Below are positions 56,166 through 64,000 of a DNA stretch of 64,000 nucleotides, in pieces (the stretch's first letter is position 1; every line of letters begins with the position of its first letter). A program made the position numbers and the translations under genes. Origin of the DNA: an uncultured Burkholderiaceae bacterium (GTDB lineage Bacteria > Pseudomonadota > Gammaproteobacteria > Burkholderiales > Burkholderiaceae_F); contig CAZSOI010000040.1 of NCBI GenBank assembly GCA_964608115.1, positions 3,818 through 67,817 on the forward strand, written 5' to 3'. The notes beneath the pieces were generated by a model. That model ran no database searches. It worked only from the letters and a program-made list of their open reading frames with translations, and was not told the DNA's origin.

Positions 56166-57497
56166 ATGAATTCTTTGCCCCGCCCCTCCGACTTCACCAA
56201 GCAGCGCAGCCTTGCTTCAGGCAACGACGATATCGCCCAGGCACTCCTAAAAAGCGATCTGATCGCCTTCGCACTGGTCGACTGCGGCAACATCGTTGCG
56301 GCCTCGCCCCTATTGCGCGAATTGCTTGGCGGCACAGCGCCCGGTCAACACATCGATGGTCGCAGCCTGCTTTCCATCGTTGCCGACGTCGATGCAGCCG
56401 GTGTGGCCGAATTTTGCCGCACCACGCTTGCCTCGAGCTCGCGCGCCGAACTTCGCTGTCATCTCCAACGCGCCGATGCGACGCACCTGCCCGTGCTGCT
56501 CAGTGCCGTAGCCGTCGGGCCACAAGACACGCGCAAGTTACTCATCTTGGTGACCGATATCTCGCCTTGGGTCGGGGATATGGCGGCCAACGACTCGGTT
56601 GCAAGTTTTGCGGCCTTTGACCGGATCACGAATTTTCCCACGCGCGCACTGCTTCTTGATCGCATGAAGATCGCCCTTGCAGCCGCGAGGCGATACCGCC
56701 GCCGCGCGGCAATCTTGCGCATCGAATTAGACCGGTTCAAAGCGCTACTGCAATCGCTCTCGAGTGAGGCCGCTGATGAAGTTCAGTCTACTGTGGCCGA
56801 GACCCTGCGAAACTGCGTGCGCGACTGCGACACGACCGCGCGTCTAGGAATTAGCGAGTTCGTTGTACTGCTGCCCGAATTCGGGCAGCGCGAGGACGCG
56901 GGCATTACCGCGGCGCGTATCGTTGAGGCGGTCGAAGCTCTTTTTGCGCACAACGAGCTGCGCTTTCGGGTGACGGCCCACATCGGCGTGGCGCTTTATC
57001 CGACCGACGGCACGAACTCCGAGCGCCTGCTGCAGGTCAGCGAGTCGGCGATGCACAAGGCACAATGCAGCCGCGACGGCGGATTTTCGCTCGCGCAAGC
57101 AACGAGCGCCGAGCTCACTGCGATCAAGCCGATTGAATTTGAGCAAAAATTCCAACTCGGAATCCCCGAGATTGATGCCGAGCATCGCGATCTTGTCGGG
57201 CGCATGAACGCACTTGCGGACGATCTGGCAGGCGGCGGCGATCCGAAGACCTTGGAATACGACCTGCGGGCGATGATTGAGATGCTGCGCGCACACTTTA
57301 CGACCGAGGTCAGTTTGCTGGGACAAGGAAGGCAAGAGGGAGGCAGCGAGCTCAGAATGCGCAACTTGCGCTTTCTCGAAGAGCTGCACTGCATCTTGTT
57401 ACACGTGAATTCGCAAAGTATCGCTGTGGCCATACGGCACCTGTACGACTGGCTCATACCCCATCTGCAGCAGGTCGATCAGACGAAGATCTCTTAG
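56166..57497 (+). CDS. PAS - degenerate GGDEF - degenerate hemerythrin protein
   Basis: PAS/PAC ending VTDIS; GGDEF scaffold with GISEF at 56847-56861 and RDCD I-site; C-terminal GIPEIDAEH...HFTTE...HLQQVD hemerythrin pattern. Confidence 0.85.
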   Translation: MNSLPRPSDFTKQRSLASGNDDIAQALLKSDLIAFALVDCGNIVAASPLLRELLGGTAPGQHIDGRSLLSIVADVDAAGVAEFCRTTLASSSRAELRCHLQRADATHLPVLLSAVAVGPQDTRKLLILVTDISPWVGDMAANDSVASFAAFDRITNFPTRALLLDRMKIALAAARRYRRRAAILRIELDRFKALLQSLSSEAADEVQSTVAETLRNCVRDCDTTARLGISEFVVLLPEFGQREDAGITAARIVEAVEALFAHNELRFRVTAHIGVALYPTDGTNSERLLQVSESAMHKAQCSRDGGFSLAQATSAELTAIKPIEFEQKFQLGIPEIDAEHRDLVGRMNALADDLAGGGDPKTLEYDLRAMIEMLRAHFTTEVSLLGQGRQEGGSELRMRNLRFLEELHCILLHVNSQSIAVAIRHLYDWLIPHLQQVDQTKIS

Positions 57498-57553
57498 CGC
57501 GGCTGCGCGGCCTTCCCATTGGCCGGTCCCGGCGAGCACTTCGGCCCAAGCAC

Positions 57554-60500
57554 TCAGAACAAGGAGATGGGAACCACCGGGTGCGGCGGGAACGCCGGCG
57601 CGCCGCTTTGCGGCTCTAACCAATAGCGCAGGTAGATCATCAGCTGATTAGGCGCGTAATAGGCCGAGCGGTCGATGTTAAGCCAAGCTCCGAGACTCCA
57701 GTGGGCCGTGGGACGGTACTCGATGTCGCCACGAATGCTGCCCGCCGGACCGCCGCCGGTTCCGGTCCCGGCGGTATATACGGGGTTACCTGCCTGAGCC
57801 TGCAGGCTCGCATCGGTCGGGTAGTACGGCGCGGTTTGCACGTACGTCCAGGCCCACGACGGCACAGCGCGCAGGTCGTAGGAAAGCGCTCCTCGCCGAC
57901 CTTGTATCTCGAGAGGAACGCCCAGGGACACGAAACGCTGCGGGCTGTAGTAGCCACCTTGTCCGAAGGTGTAGAAGTCCTGATCGTACTGGTAGTGCCA
58001 GATGCTGAGCACCCCGCCTGCGCTGAACCGAAAATCGGAGCGGTGAATCCAGTCACGATCGATAACGCTGCGCCACTCCACATTGGGATTGGAGAGCACA
58101 TTGCGTCCCGTGACCACACCCATCGACAGGCTGCTCGAAAAGCTCCAGCCGCGCGCCAAATCCCGACCAACGCGAAGCGTCAGCGCGGTGTCTGTCACAC
58201 CACCCCAAAGCGCTCCGGTTACCGGATCAGCGGCTCCCGCGTAAGAGAGCAAACTGGCGGTTACAACGCGCCGCGATAGCTCCGCGCTCACGTCCGAGTC
58301 GTTCCAGGTTGCGCTTTCGCGCCAAGCCCCGACGAGGTTGGGAACCTTAAAGCCGGCGCCAACGACGCCCACGTCAAACCGCCGTTCATCAGCGCGCCAG
58401 CCAACCTCGGCGGAAATGCCCTTGGCCTGCTCGGAAACCGGTTCGGCCAGGCCCGCCGGTGCCAGCGCCAGGACCTTGCCAAACTGCGACGAGTACGCGA
58501 ATTGCGCTGGCAAAGTGCCCGCGCTGGCACGCACCGCGTCGACCTGTCCGAACCAGTGCCCGTCGTAACCGCCCGGCCAAAGTACCAGTAGCGGGATCTC
58601 CGTGCCACGCAAGGTCGAAAGGCCGTCGGTTGCAGTGCGCGAGTACTGCAACCAAGCCGTATCAACTTGAGGTTGACGCCGCGCCTGAATCACCGCGAGC
58701 TCGCGCTGCGCCTTGGCTTGCACGCTGTCTTCCGGGAGATTTTGTACAACCGGTGCCGATGGGGTGTTGGCCAGCAGCGACGGGCTCGGCCCCAACAGGG
58801 GAATGGGCGACTCGGCAGCAGCCTCGGAGGCTGCGCCGGCCACCACGCCCAGGTATCCGACTGCGGCCGCGTACTGGCGGTCACGCTCGGCCTGGCGTGC
58901 GGCTTCGAGCAGCACTTGCTGGTCCTGCGGGTGCGCTCTGAGCAGTTCGGCCATCCACTCATGCGCGGTGCTGCGATCGTTGCCCATAAGGCCCAGCGCC
59001 TCGATATGCAGCTCGACGTCTTCGCGCGGCAGCAAATCGTGCATTCGCTGCAAATCCTCGTGCAGTGCCGCCGCATTGTGCTGAGCGTGATGCATGCGCG
59101 CACGCAGCAGCGCCAACTGCGCCTGGGTTTGCGCATCGAGCGGCTCCTTGCCCGCCATCTGCTCAATGAGCGCCTGAGCAAGGTCCATGCGTCCCGCATC
59201 GATCATTGCCTCGGCAAGGCCGCGTTGCTCCTCGGGGCCAAGGGATCCTTGCTCGATCGCGAGCCGGTCGATAAGCGCGCGCGCTCCACTTAAGTCATCG
59301 GCCGACAAATCCGCTCGAGCCACACGCAACAAGCGCGCCGGATCGTTGCCGGCCTGGGCCAGCGCTTCGCCGCGCCAGAAGGCATCTTGCTGTGTATCGG
59401 AGGTGGCGCGCGCGCTGCGCGCTCGTCGCAACGCGCCCTCAAAACGCAAATGTTGAACCAGCGCGCGCATGCCAGCCGACTGCTGTGCGGGGGCAATTGC
59501 CTCGACCGTCGCAAGGGCCACATCATCGCGGCCACTGGCCGCCGCAACCAGCGCCGCCGCGTAGTGCATCTCGGCATCTTGCGGGGCCAAGGCCTCGCCC
59601 TGCTGCATCACCTGTTGCGCTAAGCCTGGCAGCTGCAGACGCAAGTACACACGTGCCAAGTCATAGCGCAGCCAGGGATCGCGCGGCAGGAGCTCAACGC
59701 CGTGCTCCAAAAGGCGAAGCTGCACATCCGGGTGTTCGGCGGCCGCAAGGCTGATCGCGTCGCGCAGGGCCGTAGGCTCCAGAACCTGCACGGGTTCGAG
59801 ATTTGCCGTTAACGGCAACCGCTGCGCCTGATCGAGTGCTTCTTCTACGCGCCCTTGTTCTAGCCGCAGCGACAGTAAGCCGCGCCAGGCACGTGCATCG
59901 GCTGCGTCGCGGCGCAACAGTTCCCGGTACAGTGCCTCGGCCTCCTTCTCGCGCTTTTGCGCCACGCGCAAGGCGGCGAGCAGATGAATCGCCTCCACCT
60001 GATCGGGCTGGGTATCGCGCACCGACTCCACCAGATGCGCGGCCCCTTCCAAATCGCCGGCGTCGCGCAAAGCGCGCGCCTTGGCAAGCGCGCTCCAGTA
60101 GCGCGCCGTCTTGGTCAGATCCAGCCAGCGCACACGCAGATCCGGCTGCGCTTTTTCCAACTCACTGGCCTGCTCAAAGTACGCGAGCGCTTCTTCGTTG
60201 CGCCCCTGGCGCAAGCGCAGCAGCCCTAAAGTCCCGATTGTTTCTGCATCCTCCGGGCGCAATTGCAAGCTGCGCAACAACTCGCTTTCTGCCTCGGCCA
60301 TCTCGCCGGTTTCGAGCGAGCGTTCGGCTGCAAGACGAAGCTGCACTGCGGGATCGTTTTCCAACTGCTGCGCGGCTATCCTCTGAGCCTCAACACGCGC
60401 AACCTCCTCACGCATCTCGCTGTCGCTGGGATATCGTGCCAGGAATAGTCGCCGCTGAGTTTGCGCCTGCTCGTCGTTGCCAAGCGCCAAGAGGGCATGG

Positions 60501-61258
60501 CGCCAAGCGCTGGCGATTCGTTGCGGATCCACATCGTGGCCAAGCGCCAAGTCGGCAAAGCCACGCAACGCCTCTTCGCGTGTATCGGCGTGCAACGCCA
60601 GCAGCTCATACAGCGTCAGTCGGTCGCGCGGATTTGGGTCTTCTTCGATGCGCTCTTGCAGCAGCTCGCGCATCGTCTGCCAGCCGCCCGGTGTGCTGCC
60701 AAGCACCAGCGCAAATTCATTGGCCAAGTCTCCCGGAGGGCGGCCGTCAGGAAACAGCGAGCGCGCCAAGCTCAGCGCACGCGGCTGGTTGCCGCCGCGC
60801 ACAAAGACTCGCAGTTGTGCCAGGCGCGTGCGCTCCCGTGTGTAGACACGCACCAAGTCCGCAAACTCTCGCACCAAGGCTCCAGCCTCGGGGCTGCGAG
60901 CAAGTTGCGCCGCCAGTTTACGGGCCTGCTCGATGTGCCCGGCACGCAGCTCGAGCTCACCCAGCAAAAACAGTGCGCGCGGCTGCTCGGGCTGCACCGC
61001 CAGAAGCTTTCGTAGTACTTCGCGTTCGGCATCGGGGTGTTCGAGCGCCTGCCAAAGCCGTGCGCTGCGCAGCAATTCGGCAATTGCTTCCTGCTGCGGC
61101 AAGGACGTCGGGCTCCGCGCAGCTTCCGCCTGCGCCAAGACCGTCAACAGTGGCGCGGTAAGCGTCGCCGCCAATAAGGCCGTCCAGGGGCGCAAGCGCG
61201 CGAGCGCGCGGCACGCCGCGCCCGGCTTCAGCGCGAAGGCGCGGAGCACTGCTGCCAT
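57554..61258 (-). CDS. bcsC: Cellulose export outer-membrane TPR/porin protein
   Basis: Signal peptide, many TPR-like repeats, DPWLRYDLAR, C-terminal barrel with YTFGQGGYYSPQ and SLLSYAG. Confidence 0.95.
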   Translation of the reverse strand: MAAVLRAFALKPGAACRALARLRPWTALLAATLTAPLLTVLAQAEAARSPTSLPQQEAIAELLRSARLWQALEHPDAEREVLRKLLAVQPEQPRALFLLGELELRAGHIEQARKLAAQLARSPEAGALVREFADLVRVYTRERTRLAQLRVFVRGGNQPRALSLARSLFPDGRPPGDLANEFALVLGSTPGGWQTMRELLQERIEEDPNPRDRLTLYELLALHADTREEALRGFADLALGHDVDPQRIASAWRHALLALGNDEQAQTQRRLFLARYPSDSEMREEVARVEAQRIAAQQLENDPAVQLRLAAERSLETGEMAEAESELLRSLQLRPEDAETIGTLGLLRLRQGRNEEALAYFEQASELEKAQPDLRVRWLDLTKTARYWSALAKARALRDAGDLEGAAHLVESVRDTQPDQVEAIHLLAALRVAQKREKEAEALYRELLRRDAADARAWRGLLSLRLEQGRVEEALDQAQRLPLTANLEPVQVLEPTALRDAISLAAAEHPDVQLRLLEHGVELLPRDPWLRYDLARVYLRLQLPGLAQQVMQQGEALAPQDAEMHYAAALVAAASGRDDVALATVEAIAPAQQSAGMRALVQHLRFEGALRRARSARATSDTQQDAFWRGEALAQAGNDPARLLRVARADLSADDLSGARALIDRLAIEQGSLGPEEQRGLAEAMIDAGRMDLAQALIEQMAGKEPLDAQTQAQLALLRARMHHAQHNAAALHEDLQRMHDLLPREDVELHIEALGLMGNDRSTAHEWMAELLRAHPQDQQVLLEAARQAERDRQYAAAVGYLGVVAGAASEAAAESPIPLLGPSPSLLANTPSAPVVQNLPEDSVQAKAQRELAVIQARRQPQVDTAWLQYSRTATDGLSTLRGTEIPLLVLWPGGYDGHWFGQVDAVRASAGTLPAQFAYSSQFGKVLALAPAGLAEPVSEQAKGISAEVGWRADERRFDVGVVGAGFKVPNLVGAWRESATWNDSDVSAELSRRVVTASLLSYAGAADPVTGALWGGVTDTALTLRVGRDLARGWSFSSSLSMGVVTGRNVLSNPNVEWRSVIDRDWIHRSDFRFSAGGVLSIWHYQYDQDFYTFGQGGYYSPQRFVSLGVPLEIQGRRGALSYDLRAVPSWAWTYVQTAPYYPTDASLQAQAGNPVYTAGTGTGGGPAGSIRGDIEYRPTAHWSLGAWLNIDRSAYYAPNQLMIYLRYWLEPQSGAPAFPPHPVVPISLF

Positions 61259-62454
61259 GCAGGCACCAAGCTGCCGTCAGCAGCAAAGGCAAAGCGTAGT
61301 TCATGCCAGCCAGTGGCAAATAACCGAAGCACCTGCTCGTAGTACGCGTCGGGTCGCACCGGATGGTTGCGCAGCCGCAGCTCCTGTGCGCGCAACGCCG
61401 AGGCGCGGTCAAGCGCGGTCAAAAACGGCAGCAGCGCCGCCGAAAATCCCGCGGGCCCTTCACCTTGGGCATTTCCATCCAACGCATCGATGGTCTCGGG
61501 CGGCGCCGCTTCGCGCTCTATGCGATCGGCCATGGGGGAAAAGTGCTCGAGCAGCGGTCCGCGCGCCGGGTCAAGTGCTGCGGTTAGACCTACCCAGAGG
61601 TACACGCGAATTGCGTCGTAGCCGCCGACTCGCTGCGCGGACCCAAGCTGCGCAGCTTCAAAGTGGCCGTGGCCGGATTCGGCTCCCGCGGCTTCGGGAT
61701 CAGCACGATAAAACGCCCAGTCGGGAGCAAAACCGCGGGGCGAGGATTCACGTAAAACTACGTGCGAGGTTTGCAGTAACTCCTGCCAGCGCACATCGCC
61801 ACTGCGCGTGGCAAACCAGCGCATCAGAAACGGCGGCATGTAGCTTGGGTTTAAGCGCCAGCGTCCGGGCTCCGGGGTAAAACCGCGCCGACCCGGCAGC
61901 AGCGTTCGACCCAGGCCCGGCAGTTGCGCTGTCTCCTCGCGCACGATGCGCTCGGCAAGCACAGAGGACAAGGCGAGGTAGCGCCGCTGCTGCCACAATC
62001 GACCGGCCTCCCCCAGGGTGTATGCGATCCACAGATCGGCGTCGGCCGCGGAATTCTCGTCGATCACACCCCAGCTACCGTCGTCGCGTCGCCCCCAAAG
62101 CCATGCGGGCAAGCGCATCGTCAGATCGCCCCCGGCCAGATTGTCCTCGGTCCAACGCAACAGCTGTTCAAAGCGCACCGCGTCGTTTGCCACCAAGGAA
62201 AAGAACAGGGCGTAGGCTTGCGCCTCTGAAACCGAGTGCGCACGCGCCGAAGCTGGATCGATCACGCGCGCACCCCTGCCCAGAAACTGGTCGGCAAATT
62301 CCGCCCACGCGGCCCAGGAGGTGCAGGGCGGGGCCGGCGCGTCAGGCAGCGTCGCCGCGGCGCTTGCCCATCGCGCCTGGCCGGCAGCTAAGGCCACAAG
62401 CGCCCCCGCACGCAGCAGCTGGCGCCGCATTTGCGCCTGCTGCCAAGCGCTCAC
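61228..62454 (-). CDS. bcsZ: GH8 endo-1,4-beta-glucanase
   Basis: SVSEAQAYALFF, LPAWLWG, NSAADADLW, YNP-like LNPSYMP, YDAIRVYLW, YYEQVL.LF. Start is GTG 62454 (overlaps the bcsB stop) or ATG 62430. Confidence 0.93.
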   Translation of the reverse strand: MSAWQQAQMRRQLLRAGALVALAAGQARWASAAATLPDAPAPPCTSWAAWAEFADQFLGRGARVIDPASARAHSVSEAQAYALFFSLVANDAVRFEQLLRWTEDNLAGGDLTMRLPAWLWGRRDDGSWGVIDENSAADADLWIAYTLGEAGRLWQQRRYLALSSVLAERIVREETAQLPGLGRTLLPGRRGFTPEPGRWRLNPSYMPPFLMRWFATRSGDVRWQELLQTSHVVLRESSPRGFAPDWAFYRADPEAAGAESGHGHFEAAQLGSAQRVGGYDAIRVYLWVGLTAALDPARGPLLEHFSPMADRIEREAAPPETIDALDGNAQGEGPAGFSAALLPFLTALDRASALRAQELRLRNHPVRPDAYYEQVLRLFATGWHELRFAFAADGSLVPAWQQCSAPSR

Positions 62455-64000
62455 GAACCGGCGGCCAGCCGCCGTGCCGCCATCCGTCGCAACGCGCCGA
62501 AGATTACGAGCGCAATAAACACGCCCAGCGCCAAGCCCAGCGCCACGAGCAAGATGGGGTGCGAGTGCAGCTGAAACCATAACCATCGCCACCAACTCAG
62601 GTGCCCGACGTAGTAGGTATCGCCGACACGAAAGGATTGCACTTGCTCATCGCGCAACAAAACGAGGTCGCCGCGCACATCGCGGACCTTGGACGCATCG
62701 ATCAAGGCCGTAGCAGCGCGCGGTAGCGTCGCCTCGTCCGTAGCGTTGAGCACAATGGCCGACCGGCCACTTGCCAAGGGCGACTCAAATCCTAAGATCG
62801 CCGCCAGCGGCCCCTTACTGGCGATCTCTGTCCAACCGTCTTTGGGCACCGCGTGCGGCAACGCACCGCTAAACCATTCCGCGCCCGCATCAGCGAGTTT
62901 GCCCAGCATCGAGCTCGCCCGCTGACCTGCATCGATGCGTGCAGGCAGTGTGTCCTTCCAAGTCTGCAGCAGCGGGGCATCCAATCCGCTTGCGATCAGC
63001 AGCACATCACGGTCGCCGGCCTGCTGCACATTGCTTGCCTTGAGCAATTCAAAGCGCGTTGCTGGCACACCGGTGGCCGCACCGAAGCTGCCCAGCACGG
63101 TGAGCATCGTTTCGACTTCCGCGGGTTTGGGCGTATCAGGAAGTATTACCGCCGTCTGGCCAAGGTCGGCGTACTTGGTAAACGGAAAACCGCTGTTGGC
63201 AAAAAACGCAAGGTTGGGCATCGCCGCGTAGTGCTCGATATGTGTGAGATCGAGCGTCGAATCCGGGTCGATCGCGGCCTGTGCCGCACCCAAGGTCGTG
63301 CGACAGTGTCCTTCATCCTGCGGTGGAATATCAAAGACGAACTGAAGCTGGTTGTTGGCGCCCAGCTGAAACGCCGGCACCGTCAGGCCCTGCGTGACCA
63401 AGGTGCCAGTGTCCTCAAGAAACGGCAGGTCCAGGTGACGCGAGGTGCCAACCTGGTCGGCGGCGCGCAGTGGAAAGGACTGGACGAACTCGTCATTGAT
63501 GCGAACCGACAAGTTGCCCTGACCGTTCTCGCGCGGGACGGTGTAGCGAAAGCGCAGCTCTACGGGCATTCCGCGCGCTTCCCAGGTGAAAATGTCGGCC
63601 GGCAAGCGCAAGTTAACGCGGATCGGATCGAGCGAGTGGCCCGTAACCTGCAGATCGCCCGAGCGCTCGACGAGCTCGCCGATGCGCACTCGTTGCCCCG
63701 TGCGCACCATGTTCGGAGCCTGGTAAGCGATGGATGCTTCGGGCAGGCGAACGGAACGTACCGTAACGCGCTCTCCGCTCAAGATCGCTTGACCCAACAC
63801 GAGAGCCTGTGCCGCCGTACGCAGCTGCTCGGCGTCGCGCCCGAGCACCAAGAGCAGCTTTACTGTCGGCTCGTCTGGACGCGTGATGACGGCCAGCGTG
63901 GGCTCCTGGACCTGTGGCAGCGCCAGGTTCGAGGGGCGCTCCTCGTTCGTCGCAAGTACCACCGCGTGCTGCGCGGGCAGGGTGTCGAAATACGAAGGGA
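62451..64000 (-). CDS. bcsB: Cellulose synthase regulatory subunit BcsB (5-prime end outside window)
   Basis: LRLPADIFTW, YRYT-like FRYT, AIDPDSTLD, MPNLAFFANSGFPFTKYADLGQT, YYVGHLSWW..LW and C-terminal TM. Confidence 0.95.
   Translation of the reverse strand, partial: PSYFDTLPAQHAVVLATNEERPSNLALPQVQEPTLAVITRPDEPTVKLLLVLGRDAEQLRTAAQALVLGQAILSGERVTVRSVRLPEASIAYQAPNMVRTGQRVRIGELVERSGDLQVTGHSLDPIRVNLRLPADIFTWEARGMPVELRFRYTVPRENGQGNLSVRINDEFVQSFPLRAADQVGTSRHLDLPFLEDTGTLVTQGLTVPAFQLGANNQLQFVFDIPPQDEGHCRTTLGAAQAAIDPDSTLDLTHIEHYAAMPNLAFFANSGFPFTKYADLGQTAVILPDTPKPAEVETMLTVLGSFGAATGVPATRFELLKASNVQQAGDRDVLLIASGLDAPLLQTWKDTLPARIDAGQRASSMLGKLADAGAEWFSGALPHAVPKDGWTEIASKGPLAAILGFESPLASGRSAIVLNATDEATLPRAATALIDASKVRDVRGDLVLLRDEQVQSFRVGDTYYVGHLSWWRWLWFQLHSHPILLVALGLALGVFIALVIFGALRRMAARRLAAGS

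Noticed and set aside
59803-61161. 452-aa plus-strand ORF (also 46384-47694, 21066-22172, 4926-5738 and many similar)
   Set aside because: Antisense shadows of well-supported genes in high-GC DNA; Arg/Ala/Pro-rich with no motifs.
1-64000. tRNA, rRNA, CRISPR arrays, IS/transposase, integrase or phage genes
   Set aside because: No cloverleaf-like, repeat-spacer or recombinase/transposase motifs seen by eye; a tRNAscan/Rfam/ISEScan run would be needed to exclude them formally.

Overview
High-GC (roughly 60-65%, by eye) chromosomal window, most consistent with a betaproteobacterium (inference from the Orn/Lys/Arg decarboxylase, liv-type ABC cluster, RcoM and bcs gene types). I saw no rRNA, tRNA, CRISPR array, transposase or phage genes. 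Blocks: (1) 47-18306, an ion/metal homeostasis island with three LuxR-HTH paralogues, kdpFABC without kdpDE, a secreted two-EF-hand protein, an orphan P-II, a divergently split OMF / MFP-HME-RND efflux system with a perfect 40-bp nested palindrome in its promoter, a 4HB-HAMP histidine kinase and a small beta-barrel-like protein. (2) 18672-31175, small hypotheticals, a cytochrome c, a class V aminotransferase, a class II aldolase and an acyl-CoA ligase / liv-type ABC / PaaK-like cluster. (3) 31172-40531, an aerobic Mo-Cu CO dehydrogenase locus: rcoM divergent from coxMSL-G-D-E, with a form-I-like but variant AYRCSLR motif, no coxF, a frameshifted YHS gene, a MocA-like transferase and a Met/Cys-rich membrane protein. 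(4) 40935-47487, glk, envelope proteins, a basic amino acid decarboxylase and galE. (5) 47746-64000, a phosphoethanolamine-cellulose locus split into two convergent halves (bcsR/P-E-F-Q-A-G and bcsB-Z-C), enclosing a hexose-6-phosphate mutarotase and a PAS-degenerate GGDEF (intact I-site)-degenerate hemerythrin protein. Best novelty candidates: the EF-hand/RND/TCS/Kdp/P-II module and its operator, a CoxF-less copper-delivery candidate for CODH, and the doubly degenerate signalling protein inside the bcs locus. All family calls come from motif recognition by eye; no searches were run.
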